From NCBI RefSeq assembly GCF_001194135.2, contig NC_068990.1, forward strand, positions 55,832,843-55,896,842: a stretch of DNA of 64,000 nucleotides. Reading direction: 5' to 3'. The stretch is from Octopus bimaculoides. Taxonomy: Eukaryota. Shown piece by piece: positions 1-12,397 of this stretch (positions are counted from its first letter, which is position 1; each line of letters opens with the position of its first letter). Under the pieces are notes generated by a model. That model worked only from the letters and a program-made list of their open reading frames with translations, had not been told where the DNA came from and did no database searches. The position numbers and the translations under genes were made by a program.

Positions 1-46
1 AGCATTTCGCCCGGCGTGCTAACGATTCTGCCAACTCACCGCCTTA
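1..46 (-). mobile_element. SINE family A, tRNA-like head fragment cut by the window edge
   Basis: Same sequence type as 2461-2506, 43530-43579 and 50425-50465 (gcattt..cccggcgtg.taacg.ttctgccagctc.ccgcctt). Confidence 0.8.
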
Positions 47-539
47 TATAATATGATAATAATAATAATAATAATAGTAACATAATATAATAATAAACAA
101 CATTTCAGCCAGAAGGAATTTGTTCTTTGTGCTAAATTTGTCAACTTATCAAGAAATGTATGAGCAGTCTTAGAGGAGTGTTTGCAATTTGAAATATATA
201 TTTAACACATCCGCACCTACTTGAAAGAAATAAAGGACTAAAGCACACACACACATGCGCGCACGCGCACACCACCACCACAAACATCCTAATCATCATC
301 ATCATCATCATCATCATCAACAACAGTAACAACAATCGTAAATAATAAGAACGTGTGATGTCTTTGGGAAAGTTTTCTGGATTTAAATCGTATTAATAAT
401 AATTTAATATTGACGATGAAGATAACGATGATGATGATGATAATGTATTTTTTTTGTTTTGTTTGTTTCATATAGTTACAAGGCTTTGAATTATTTTGAT
501 GGTGGTGATGGTGGCGGTGGTTGCGGGGGGTGGGGGCAA

Positions 540-960
540 AGGCGGAATAGAGATCTGGTCGATTAAATTGACCCCTCGGTACTTTTAGATCTGAACCCAG
601 AACGTAGCAAAAATATTAATTTGTGATCTAATGCAAAAGGATCCACAGTACTTTAACTGGTACTTCATTTCGTCGAACCCTTTTGCATACACGTACACTT
701 ACTCTCTGTCCCTTGCAACACCTCCCGCTCTTCCTTTCACGTTATCTCCCTCTCTAGCTTTCTCTTTTACGCTTTCTCTCCTTCCCCCCTCTCTCTTTCT
801 CTCTCTCTCTCACACACAGCAGTTGAAAGAATGATGAAATGTTACGCTAACCTCGGCGGGATTTGAACTTAGTATGTAAAGGTGCGTAAACTAAATACTC
901 TAAGGCATTTAGTAGTCCGACCCTTCACCGATTTGACCAATCTTATCGCTCTTTAGCGTA
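540..960 (-). mobile_element. Cluster of degenerate SINE family A fragments
   Basis: Diagnostic pieces ggtcgatt..ttgacccc, ctggtactt..tttcgtcgaaccc and acctcggcgggatttgaactta (reverse-complement B box). Confidence 0.55.
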
Positions 961-1035
961 TATTAAGCGCAAAATCCCAATTCACAAATATATAATTGGC
1001 TTTTGATCATGTTATTAACTCTTACAACCCCTCCA

Positions 1036-1080
1036 CACACACACACATACACTGCGTGAACACAAACTCGCACACACACA

Positions 1081-1139
<59 letters not shown>

Positions 1140-1222
1140 GGAAACTTTGTCCATACTGACATATAGACACAGAAAAAATGACACATAAACACATACACTC
1201 ATTGCTCCTTGACCAAAAGAAG

Positions 1223-1306
<84 letters not shown>

Positions 1307-1307
1307 C
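1036..1307. repeat. (CA)n and (GA)n microsatellites
   Basis: Seen directly. Confidence 0.95.
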
Positions 1308-1865
1308 AAAATGATGAAGGACAGAAAAAAAGTGCTTTATTAAGGCATTTGCCTTTGTTTTTATGATAATAATTTGGCTAATAGTCGAGGTGAAACACTA
1401 AGCAATTACTAGTATTACAGCTTGGGGACTTATTCCAGTGCTCTGGAAACGAGAACAGCTACAGCAGTAACATAAGGTTAAAACGATGGTAGCCCTTCGC
1501 TGGAGTTCCCTTTAAGAGAAGAGAAGGAAAATACGCAGCTAATTGTAATACATTAGTAATATGGGCAGAAATGAAAGGAAAGAAAAAAAAAAGAAAAAAA
1601 AACGAGACCCTAGCTAGGTGAAAAATTGATGTTAAGGCTGATATCAGCTATTACCAATGGCCGCCTCGTATCTGATTAGGGGGACAATTATACAAAAGGG
1701 GTAATAAAACTGCATATTTTCCAGTAAGCTCAAATTTTCTCTTATTTTTATTATGAGATGATCAATGATACGACTTTCTGGATAAATTGAAAACGACATG
1801 GACAAAATAGATGACGTCTCCAAATCTGAGATGTTGCGATCACGGTTATTGCATCATGGCGATGG

Positions 1866-2113
1866 TGGCTGGCAGTAATGGTGGTGGTGGTGGTGGTGTT
1901 GTTGTTGTTGTTGGTGGTGGTGGTGGCAGTGGTGGCGACGATGATGACGACGATGACGACGAAGATGACGATGACGGCGATGATAACAGATGTCTTTATA
2001 CATTGCCATAGCAACCGATTTGAGCACCTTTTTCATTAGTCCATTCGTATTACATTTGTGAGACGGAGAATTTATTTCATATTTAGCTATTTCGTAGCCG
2101 CCGCCGCCGCAGC

Positions 2114-2209
<96 letters not shown>

Positions 2210-2290
2210 AATAATTATGATGTGATGATGATGATAATGAATATGATGATGAATATGATGAATATGATGATGATGATGATGATAATAACA
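1866..2290. repeat. Compound trinucleotide arrays (GGT/GTT/GAT/GAC; GCC, AAT, GAT)
   Basis: Seen directly; source of the poly-G/V/D/Y/H/M ORFs. Confidence 0.95.
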
Positions 2291-2297
2291 GCAATAA

Positions 2298-2506
2298 TGG
2301 TTTCGAATTTTAGCGCAGAGCCAGCAGTTTTTCGACGGGAGAGGGAAATCGACCTTAGTACGTGGCTGGTACTTATTTTATCGACCCCGGAAGGAAGAAA
2401 GGTAAAAGTCGACCGCGGCGGAATTTGAACTCAGAACGTAAAGACGGACGAAATGCCGCTAAGCATTTAACCCGGCGTGCTGTTGATTCTGTTAGCTCGC
2501 CGCCTT
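2298..2506 (-). mobile_element. Near full-length SINE family A (tRNA head + central GCCTTTCATCC...GGTCGATAAAATAAGTACCAG domain)
   Basis: Reverse complement reads aaggcggcgagctaacagaatc...gttctgagttcaaattccgccgcggtcgactttt...ggggtcgataaaataagtaccag; more than 10 related copies in the window. Confidence 0.9.
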
Positions 2507-2758
2507 GATGATGATGATGATGTAAATAGTAATAACTCGGATGCAACTATGGAAGCCATGTTCAAGCTATCTATTTGGTAGCAATGAAGATTATAATGGG
2601 GCTTGAAAGCGAAGCCAGAAGCAAATACTTAATCGGGAAAAAATGTTACATGAACATTTGCAAAAGAACTATGCTCAGTAAAGAAATTCATTAAGAATTA
2701 ACGGACAATTGTTTTTGTTGTTGTTCAGAGGTTCCCCCACCCCACAACGCTAGACAGA

Positions 2759-2761
<3 letters not shown>

Positions 2762-2816
<55 letters not shown>

Positions 2817-2915
2817 NNNNNNNNNNNNNNNNNNNNNNNNNNNNNNNNNNNNNNNNNNNNNNNNNNNNNNNNNNNNNNNNNNNNNNNNNNNNNNNNNNNN
2901 NNNNNNNNNNNNNNN

Positions 2916-3004
<89 letters not shown>

Positions 3005-3040
3005 AAGGAAGAGAGTGAGAGAGAGAGAGAGAGTGAGACA
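2762..3040. repeat. (CA)n - gap - (TA)n(GA)n microsatellite block
   Basis: Seen directly. Confidence 0.95.
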
Positions 3041-3692
3041 TATAATTTATACACACATATACCTGTAATATATATATGTGTATATATGTGTGTGTATATG
3101 TGTACGCGTGTTTACGTCTGTACACGTATGTTGTGTTATACTTAAAAAAAAAAATATCGAAATAACATTTATGAAGGCTTTGAATGCAAGAAAGCGAGTA
3201 ACAAATTGTATTTGTTTCGTAAATATAAAATAATTTGTCCTACAGACATTACTATGTGACAATCGATAATTTAAATAGTTCGATAATTTATATAGTTGGA
3301 TGGTCGGCAGCAAACGATTGGATCGGAGTAAAAGGTTGGACGGTTTGTAACATGCTCTTGGCAGACCGTTGCATCGAAGAATTAAATAATTTTATTCCAC
3401 CTTGTAGTAAATAGGTAAGCAGCTGTGATCAGCGGGAGTACGCTGTAAAATTTTTGTATGAAGTTATCATTGGTTAGCAGTGCATATTTTTGGCAATAGG
3501 TAAACTGCTCCAGTGTATTCATGCTTAGAACACGTTGCTGTAGAATGTTTCGTTCCGATCATAATTGCCTTGGCCTGTTATTATGAAGAACCAGTCGAAA
3601 CTCAATTGAACTATATCCAGCAACGAAACACTTGCACCGTGACATCATTTGTCAGTGCTATCATAGAATTAAAAACGAAATAAATAAGTTGA

Positions 3693-3727
<35 letters not shown>

Positions 3728-4212
3728 NNNNNNNNNNNNNNNNNNNNNNNNNNNNNNNNNNNNNNNNNNNNNNNNNNNNNNNNNNNNNNNNNNNNNNNNN
3801 NNNNNNNNNNNNNNNNNNNNNNNNNNNNNNNNNNNNNNNNNNNNNNNNNNNNNNNNNNNNNNNNNNNNNNNNNNNNNNNNNNNNNNNNNNNNNNNNNNNN
3901 NNNNNNNNNNNNNNNNNNNNNNNNNNNNNNNNNNNNNNNNNNNNNNNNNNNNNNNNNNNNNNNNNNNNNNNNNNNNNNNNNNNNNNNNNNNNNNNNNNNN
4001 NNNNNNNNNNNNNNNNNNNNNNNNNNNNNNNNNNNNNNNNNNNNNNNNNNNNNNNNNNNNNNNNNNNNNNNNNNNNNNNNNNNNNNNNNNNNNNNNNNNN
4101 NNNNNNNNNNNNNNNNNNNNNNNNNNNNNNNNNNNNNNNNNNNNNNNNNNNNNNNNNNNNNNNNNNNNNNNNNNNNNNNNNNNNNNNNNNNNNNNNNNNN
4201 NNNNNNNNNNNN

Positions 4213-4271
<59 letters not shown>

Positions 4272-4559
4272 TAGCAAATGACCATACGACCGTATCTTAA
4301 TACATATACAATGTACAAGTTACTCATCGTTGTATGTAGGTATGTGTGTATGCATGTACACATACATATCTCTGTAAACACACATACACACAGATACATA
4401 ATTTCTGTTGCAATAATGCGGATTAAAAATATATTGTAATTGCAGCGCGGGCATAATTACTTTAAACAAGTGCTAACAAAATAACTACCTAAATAAATAT
4501 AAATAAAAATAACGACTTAAAAAAACCTCATGCAAACAAAAAAAACAAATATATCGTAT

Positions 4560-4750
4560 ACGGCATTGAAGGGAAGCATTAGAAAGCACCGTCTTGGTCA
4601 ATTTAGTAAGTGTTTCAATCTGGACTGACCAGCTGTCTTCGTCCCATCGATATTAATCTAAATGCTAGCATATCACTTCTATTTGGATGTGAACATTTAT
4701 CCATTAACTGCCAGTCCATCACTTCTTCATCTATTAACTTGTCAATCGGA
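4560..4750 (-). pseudogene. Possible hAT transposase C-terminal (dimerisation region) relic
   Basis: Manual translation gives DKLIDEEVMDWQLMD...SDMLAF and, after a frameshift, ETLTKLTKTVLS, resembling hAT '...F..L.KLAK.VLSIPHSNA'. Recognition only. Confidence 0.4.
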
Positions 4751-6094
4751 GCCTATTTCCTAAGCGAAAGCGTGTTTTTATAAATTACACTTACTCTACA
4801 AACAACCCAGCAACGCAATGTATGTATATGTATATGTATGTGTGTGTGTGTGTGTGTGTGTGTGNNNNNNNNNNATATATATACATATATACATGTACAT
4901 ACATATACATACATACATATATATATATACACATACATACATATGCATGCTGACTACATGCACTCGCACGCGCACACGCTAACACAGAGACGCACACAGA
5001 CACACACACATACACACACGCACACACACACACACACACACACACGCGTGCGAGTATATTAGTGAGGCATTTAATGTGGCCAACTGGAATATAAGAAAAA
5101 AAATCTCTTGAGCTATCGAGAGTCGTTTATTGAATCTAAGAGAAGTGACAGATAACTTGTTTTTTTTTTCCTATATATTATATTATTTTCTCTTTTTTTT
5201 TCTATCTTGTTGGTGTGAGTGCTGTTTGGGGAACCACTTTATAGACTATACAAACTGTACTCTATCAGTTCTATCCTTTAACTCTCCTAGCGAGACACCT
5301 GCCCCGCCACGCCTTCAAATTAGTGTAACATGGATATGTTCATTGCATTAGGAAAGCTATCTGGTGCCAAGTGGGATTATCTGCAACCAGATACTACTTT
5401 GTGCGTGTGTGTACACACACACATACACACGTATGCTCACACATATAAAAAATGTTTTTACAGCCAAAAGATGGACACAGATTTATTCTTAAAGCAGCAG
5501 AAATAAACGTGTCGTTTTTACGTGAGTGAAAACATCTGAGATCAACATGCCGCTGTCAGAACCATTTCAATTGTCAACCTGCTGCAAATCGGTGGGTTGA
5601 TGGTTCGTATTCAGCCGCCTGCCTTTTCTTTTAAATTGCATAGTCTGGTATGAAGGGGAGTGACCATAAGCTTTTACAGCGACCTCCGAGTCCGATGTGC
5701 AAAAAGGGAGGAAAGGGGGTAAGAAAGTATTCTTAAACCGGAGACCTTCCCCAAATACTTGCAATGAACTGGACGTTTCCAAAAGCGCCAAAAGTGGTGT
5801 TAAACTGCAAAGTTGGTGAAAACCTGATCATCCGTTGTAAAATATCAAGAATACTATATAAATTAAAAAAGATTTAAAGCAATTCAAATCCCTATAAGTA
5901 TAATTTTGAAGCGAAGGAAATAGACGCCATGAGGCTATTTTACCTTAGATGAAAAGGACCAACTTCGACGCCATTACTAAATGGATTGCAACATTTATTG
6001 GAAGATATGTTTCATATATTTATACTGAAGATAAGAAAATAACACAGGGTAATTCTCAGTAAATTTCACTGTGAAAATGAAGTCTATTATATCC

Positions 6095-6314
6095 CCACTT
6101 CTTCTTAGCTCTCTTGTGTGACCCTTTTGTCGGGCATTCGCCATGATAGATCGCTAGCCACTACACATTCTTTATTTTCTCTCCTTGTTTCTTTTTGTGG
6201 AAGGGCGTAGGCTCGAAACGTTAAAGACTTTTTCACTTCCCGAGCGTTAAACTAATACGTCTGTTTGTTGTCTATACCACCTGTCTTCGTCTTTTGTTTT
6301 TTTTTGTGAATTCT

Positions 6315-6320
<6 letters not shown>
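6095..6320 (+). mobile_element. Penelope-like terminal-repeat relic (family H1) ending in (TA)n
   Basis: Collinear with 42600-42770 (gctcgaaacgt.aaagac...ttcccgagcgt.a.actaatac...accacctgtc...ttctccc + (TA)n) and partly with 53568-53640; carries a hammerhead-like motif. Confidence 0.6.
6190..6227 (+). ncRNA. Degenerate minimal type I hammerhead-ribozyme-like motif
   Basis: TCTTT-TTGTGGA-A-GGGC(GTAG)GCTC-GAAA-C-GTT-AAAGA: stems I and II pair; core deviates from CUGANGA at 2 positions. Confidence 0.5.
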
Positions 6321-6378
<58 letters not shown>

Positions 6379-6479
6379 TATGCATATATCTGACTCTTCA
6401 TCACTCACAAACACACGTACATAATATATATATAGATACATGCAATCCTATACATACATGCACATATACTACATACATA

Positions 6480-8250
6480 AAGTTGCCATCTGTTATAGCC
6501 AAAGCCATTAAAAAGATTATTTAGAGCATGCTCCTCAAGGATAAGAATTGAAGCAACATAGAAACAGAATTAGGTTATTCGTGAGAATATTCCAGGGTGA
6601 CAATGTGTTTGGATTTCTGTTCGTCTTCTCTGTCAACCTCTTGTCATCTTCGCTAAAGACATGCCGAAGCTACATGTGAAGATTTGTAGGAAAGAAGGAC
6701 GTCAAAGTCACGCTCGCTACCCTTTTTACGATGGCCTGAAGTTTTCTTTTATTTAGTTAATTTCGTGACACCAAGTGACAGCTGGAACTGGTCATATCAT
6801 TCTTACGGAAAGTAGAAATAGAATTTGGTTACGATAAATGTTCATATTTGGTAGTCAGTCGAGGAAATATTGTTGACCTGACAAACGAGTATCAATGGCC
6901 TGTCAGTCCCGTTATCACCAATGACGAAAGTTGCATGTATACAGAATTGATGAACATGGTTATATATACGTTAGTGCTGTGAGTAATACTTCAACAGACT
7001 TTGAAAGTTATTGAAATCAGAGCTGTCCATATTCAATAAGGCTTTATCTTTTAACGTTTTCGCAGTTTCAGTGCTAGTACAAATATCTGGGATACTTGAC
7101 TGGATATTCGAAGAGAACCCCTATATGGACATCAAAACAAAAGATAGTTACCACTACTGGTGACTTCCACATTAACAATAACAAGATTTATGTTTGTCGG
7201 AAGCTGAGGCATAAGATTAGTCCAAATGCCTTTTGAGTAATACCCAGACAACAGCTGTGAACAATTAAATGAAAAATGAGTAGATCTCATGTGTACGCTA
7301 CAGTGAAAACGATAAGAAATCCTGAATAGGTATTCTGAGAACACGGGGGAGTGGGGTTCCATGTCATCTAATGGAAGCTAGACCAATCCTGCTGAACAGA
7401 AAATTGGGGAGAACGTCTCATCCTACAAGTACAAGTTATGTATGGGTACATATCACATAGCGAGAGTTAATCAATAACATAAACAGGAAGAGTAACCTCT
7501 CTGGACCTGTTGTATTTGACATTTGCTCCAGGAGTATACATACTCCTTCGCCAATTCAGGAAAAAGTATTACTAAAGAACTGATGAACAAAATGAATAAG
7601 GATGCCTCCTAAACCACCAAGCTGGAATAAATAATGTCACTTATGCTATTCCAGTGTGGAAGATATCACCAATATTGTTAGCAGTTCTGCAAAAATGTCC
7701 GTTAAGTACTCTTACCTATAAGACATGATATCGCTACCAAAACTATAAACAATGCTAACCTCAGGAATAATTGTCCTGATGTTCATATCAAAGACACAAC
7801 TGAACCAGAATGCATCCATACGTTTTAAAAACAAGGAATACAAGTGGAGTATTCCAATAAAAACAGCAAACCAGTACAAACACAAAAGATCTGGAAGTGT
7901 TTTGCAGAACAGAGAACAAAAGTCATTGACCATTGCTAGAGGTCAGCTGGTCAGCTGACCTCTGAAGTAGACGTGAATATTTACTTTTAAAGTTGCGGAT
8001 AAAAGAGAATAACTGAGGTGAACTAATGCGGAACATACAACTTCTGACTTCGGTTTATAAATTCTCATTTGTACCAATTATCATAGGAGCACTGGGTTAT
8101 ATAACAACAGATTTGTATAAAAACAGAAATACGGCGGTTTTCCAAGAAAGAACAAAGTAAATGGACTCACATTCTTCAAATGCAATCTATTAGTTGTACA
8201 GTGAAGATTGTAAAAACCCTTTAAAGATTCTCTGTTCGAGTTTCCTAGAA
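6480..8250 (+). mobile_element. Decayed R4/Dong-like non-LTR retrotransposon, 3' half (RT, CCHC, RLE endonuclease)
   Basis: Manual translation across stops/frameshifts: RIFQGD...FLFVFSVNLLS (6584-), FYDGLK (YxDD-equivalent), QLELVISFLRKVEIEFGYDKC (6778-6840), IVTTTGDFHIN..KIYVCRK, CHLCYSSVEDITNIVSS (7635-), NKEYKWSIPIKTA, VPIIIGALG (8071-8097); ends next to (TA)n. Confidence 0.8.
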
Positions 8251-8477
8251 CGAATATATATATATATACACACACAAACAATAAACACACACACATACGC
8301 GATATACGTACGTATACCAACAAAGCATATACAACCATTACACGAGTGCAAATACAATAACGGACAGGCCTACATATGTACTCCCATTAACTCGGTCACA
8401 TATTCACGAATACATGGAAAAAGCCTTGTCACTTTCTGTGTCTGTGACTAGCTTGTTAGTGACTTACGCGCACACAG

Positions 8478-8530
8478 TATGTGTGTGTGTGTGTGTGTGT
8501 GTGTATACATACATACATACATACATACAT

Positions 8531-8585
<55 letters not shown>

Positions 8586-8765
8586 ATATATATATATATA
8601 TATATATTGTATATATGTACATATATATATATGTATATGTATGCATATATATATATATTTATATATACGTATATACACACACACATGTAGTTATGTATAT
8701 ATTTATATACATATATATATACATATATATATGTGTGTATGTATGTATATAAATATGCATAAATG

Positions 8766-8804
<39 letters not shown>

Positions 8805-8859
8805 CAAATGGACACATACAGACGCACACATCCATATGTATATATAAATAAACGTGTGT

Positions 8860-8900
<41 letters not shown>
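8478..8900. repeat. Compound (TG)n/(CATA)n/(TA)n microsatellite
   Basis: Seen directly. Confidence 0.95.
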
Positions 8901-8903
<3 letters not shown>

Positions 8904-9074
8904 GTGTATGTGTCTGTGATGAAAGAACGGACATTTTGTACGCCAATGTTCTCCCTTATACATTAAATAGCAATGCGTTATACATTAATAAGCAAGCCCT
9001 ATATTAATTAGATATAAAAATATTGGAAACACAAAACCAAAAATACAAAATAGCAAGTTCAACATACTTGAAAT

Positions 9075-9085
9075 TATTATTGTTG

Positions 9086-9165
<80 letters not shown>

Positions 9166-9185
9166 TATTATTATTATTATTATTG
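9075..9185. repeat. (TTA)n microsatellite
   Basis: Seen directly. Confidence 0.95.
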
Positions 9186-9520
9186 TCATCAAAAACCTTC
9201 CTTTTTGGCTTCTGACCAATACTGCAATTTGCTCGAAGTCGCCAAAATAGTATTAACCCGATTGTACGACCAATATTTCTGAAAATAAATTCATGCCTAT
9301 CGGGAGTTTGGGTATTGGTATTTGTCGTTTGCTTTTATAGGCAAAGGGAAAATATAAATATAAAAAGTTGAAATTTTCATTCAAAAGCTTTCAAACTCTG
9401 AAATAATAGATTCGTTCTTGGAAAATACACATTTAGCTTTCAAAAAGGAGTGCCTAAGGTACATACGTTTACATAGAAATAAATCTAAAGGATTTGAATT
9501 TACAGGTATTCGGTCAGTTT

Positions 9521-9597
<77 letters not shown>

Positions 9598-9610
9598 TTG
9601 TTATTGTTAT
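9521..9610. repeat. (TAC)n microsatellite
   Basis: Seen directly. Confidence 0.95.
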
Positions 9611-10158
9611 TATTCACTTTTAGAAACTTTTATAAAAAGCTTTAAAATTCTCAACGAAAAGTTCTTGGTAAAAGTCTTATGTTCCATTAGTCCCCTGATG
9701 CTGTCAATCATTCGAAGAGAAAACAGAATCCTTTTATAAATAAAATTTAAACTTTTTAGCCGTGAGATTTACCTAAAACATTTTCTTTTACGNNNNNNNN
9801 NNNNNNNNNNNNNNNNNNNNNNNNNNNNNNNNNNNNNNNNNNNNNNNNNNNNNNNNNNNNNNNNNNNNNNNNNNNNNNNNNNNNNNNNNNNNNNNNNNNN
9901 NNNNNNNNNNNNNNNNNNNNNNNNNNNNNNNNNNNNNNNNNNNNNNNNNNNNNNNNNNNNNNNNNNNNNNNNNNNNNNNNNNNNNNNNNNNNNNNNNNNN
10001 NNNNNNNNNNNNNNNNNNNNNNNNNNNNNNNNNNNNNNNNNNNNNNNNNNNNNNNNNNNNNNNNNNNNNNNNNNNNNNNNNNNNNNNNNNNNNNNNNNNN
10101 NNNNNNNNNNNNNNNNNNNNNNNNNNNNNNNNNNNNNNNNNNNNNNNNNNNTATTATG

Positions 10159-10192
<34 letters not shown>

Positions 10193-10423
10193 TTATATGT
10201 GTGGTCTATATACCCTTCGTATATATACGCGTAGCCTACTCTATTCTACTCTCTCTCTTTTTCCTACATAAATTAATCTCTTACGGTTTGCTTTTACAGC
10301 CATGTCTTTGTCGTATGTTTTGTACGAAATTGCGAAGGTTATTTTGTACAGTTTATGTACACTGGCATGTCTTTTACATATATGGATTTTCTGTATACTT
10401 ATGTATGTATGTATGTATGAACG

Positions 10424-10477
<54 letters not shown>

Positions 10478-10495
10478 CGCATGTATGAATGTATG

Positions 10496-10540
<45 letters not shown>

Positions 10541-10599
10541 ACACGCACACACATGTATATATGTACATGTGTATGTATGGTTATACTCTCTCTTTTCTA

Positions 10600-10787
10600 T
10601 TTTACTTGTTTCAGTCATTTGACTGCGGCCATGCTGGAGCACCACCTTTAGTCGAGCAAATCGACCTCAGGACTTATTCTTTGTAAGCCTAGTACTTATT
10701 CTATCAGTCTCTTTTGCCGAACCGCTAAGTTACGGGGGCGTAAACACACCACCATCGGTTGTCAAGCGATGTTGGGGGGACAACATC
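10600..10787 (-). mobile_element. SINE family B 3' half
   Basis: ttttacttgtttcagtcatttgactgcggccatgctggagc...gccgaaccgctaagttacg, near-identical to 24180-24360. Confidence 0.9.
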
Positions 10788-11187
10788 GGTGTATATATAT
10801 TTATATATGTGTATGTATATATATATATATATTTATATATGTGTGTATATATATATATTTATATGTGTGTGTTTAAATATATGTATATATATATGTATAT
10901 ATGTATATGTATATATNNNNNNNNNNNNNNNNNNNNNNNNNNNNNNNNNNNNNNNNNNNNNNNNNNNNNNNNNNNNNNNNNNNNNNNNNNNNNNNNNNNN
11001 NNNNNNNNNNNNNNNNNNNNNNNNNNNNNNNNNNNNNNNNNNNNNNNNNNNNNNNNNNNNNNNNNNNNNNNNNNNNNNNNNNNNNNNNNNNNNNNNNNNN
11101 NNNNNNNNNNNNNNNNNNNNNNNNNNNNNNNNNNNNNNNNNNNNNNNNNNNNNNNNNNNNNNNNNNNNNNNNNNNNNNNNNNNNNNN

Positions 11188-11220
<33 letters not shown>

Positions 11221-11225
<5 letters not shown>

Positions 11226-11323
11226 CGTCTACCTCTGATGAGCGCAGGGTTACATAATCAGACAGTTACCTAACATTCCGTTGACCACTTAGTGCGGAAC
11301 CAATTGGTAAGATCGGGCGTAAT
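11221..11323 (+). ncRNA. Type I hammerhead-like motif with long loop II and palindromic stem III
   Basis: Exact CTGATGA (11235-41); stem II GCGC/GTGC; GGAA for GAAA (11296-99); perfect palindrome ACCAATTGGT (11299-308); GUA site; imperfect stem I. Confidence 0.5.
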
Positions 11324-11362
11324 GGATATATAATACTGTACAGTTCGATCAATATATATATA

Positions 11363-12057
11363 CGAGGCAGAATCAAAAATTATACGCACTCTTGTCTTTT
11401 AAATGCATTTTCAAAAATTCAGGGAATAAACAAGTACGCCATTTTTCTATATAGTCTCCTTCCTTTTCGGTGCAGTTGGTCCAACGGTTCACAAGCTTGC
11501 GTATTTCTGTCAGGAAGGTTTTCGACTGGTCATGCAGCCATTTATGTACCGCTTCTTCATATCACCCATAGGAAATAGATGACTTCGTAAACCATCTTTG
11601 AGCTGTCCAAAGATATGTTAGTCGGAAGGGGCGAGATCTGGGCTGTAGGCAGGGTGTTCCAGTACCTCGACCCCAACTGGATATTGGTTTCAACGGTCTG
11701 GGCGGCCGTGTATTGTCATGCAATAACAAAGCTTTCTTCGACAATAGGTTTCGGCGTTTGGTGTAAATTGCTGGCTTCAGTCTGTTGGCCAGCAAAGTAT
11801 TGTATCTTGCACTGTTGATCGTACACACCTTTTCCAGAAAAATCGGATCACTGCTCTTTGTTCTTCTTTGGTGCACATTGCTAGTGGAACGGCCATGCTT
11901 ACGCTGTAAAGCCAGAAAGAAAGATGGTGCGATCAGGCTCAAACTTCGATCATGTGAGCACAACCGTACCAACTATAAGCACGCATGCGCAGAAGGCAGT
12001 GTGACAATAATAAAGATATGCTATAGCGAAAGTGCGGATAACTTTTGACTTCCCCTC

Positions 12058-12058
<1 letters not shown>
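11363..12058 (-). mobile_element. mariner deletion derivative (696 bp) with TIRs and TA target duplication
   Basis: Left TA|cgaggcagaatcaaaaattatacgcact vs reverse complement of right TA|cgaggggaagtcaaaagttatccgcact; minus-strand remnants KKALLLHDN and EHPAYSPDLAPSD (11621-11660). Confidence 0.9.
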
Positions 12059-12096
<38 letters not shown>

Positions 12097-12340
12097 ACAG
12101 AAAAAGCGCGTGTGAGGATACGGTGTGGTTAATTTCCCATGCGCATGTTTATTAAACATACATGCAGCGTCGCAGTATAAATAGATGGTATGATAAAACA
12201 ATAGGACTGTCTCTCTCTAGATAAGTTAACTTGGAACCAGTTGAAGCCAGTCGAACTGTTCCCGAGTGCATCTAAAAGAGTAAACTCTGTGGTCTCACCC
12301 CAATGTTTTATCGTACATTAATGCTGAGTCTATGTTTGAA

Positions 12341-12397
<57 letters not shown>

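Noticed and set aside
3300-3660. Complex segment with a partly open minus frame containing TRWNK (hAT-like TRWNS)
   Set aside because: One short motif, in the wrong order relative to the 4560-4750 relic; cannot be assigned.
5644-5718. Possible 75-bp exon (tag|...|gtaag) and overlapping 74-aa minus-strand ORF
   Set aside because: No recognisable protein motif; such splice-like pairs are expected by chance.
12150-12215. CATGCGCATG (NRF1-like) plus TATAAATA
   Set aside because: No clear initiator or exon support; adjacent to a transposon end and a TA tract.
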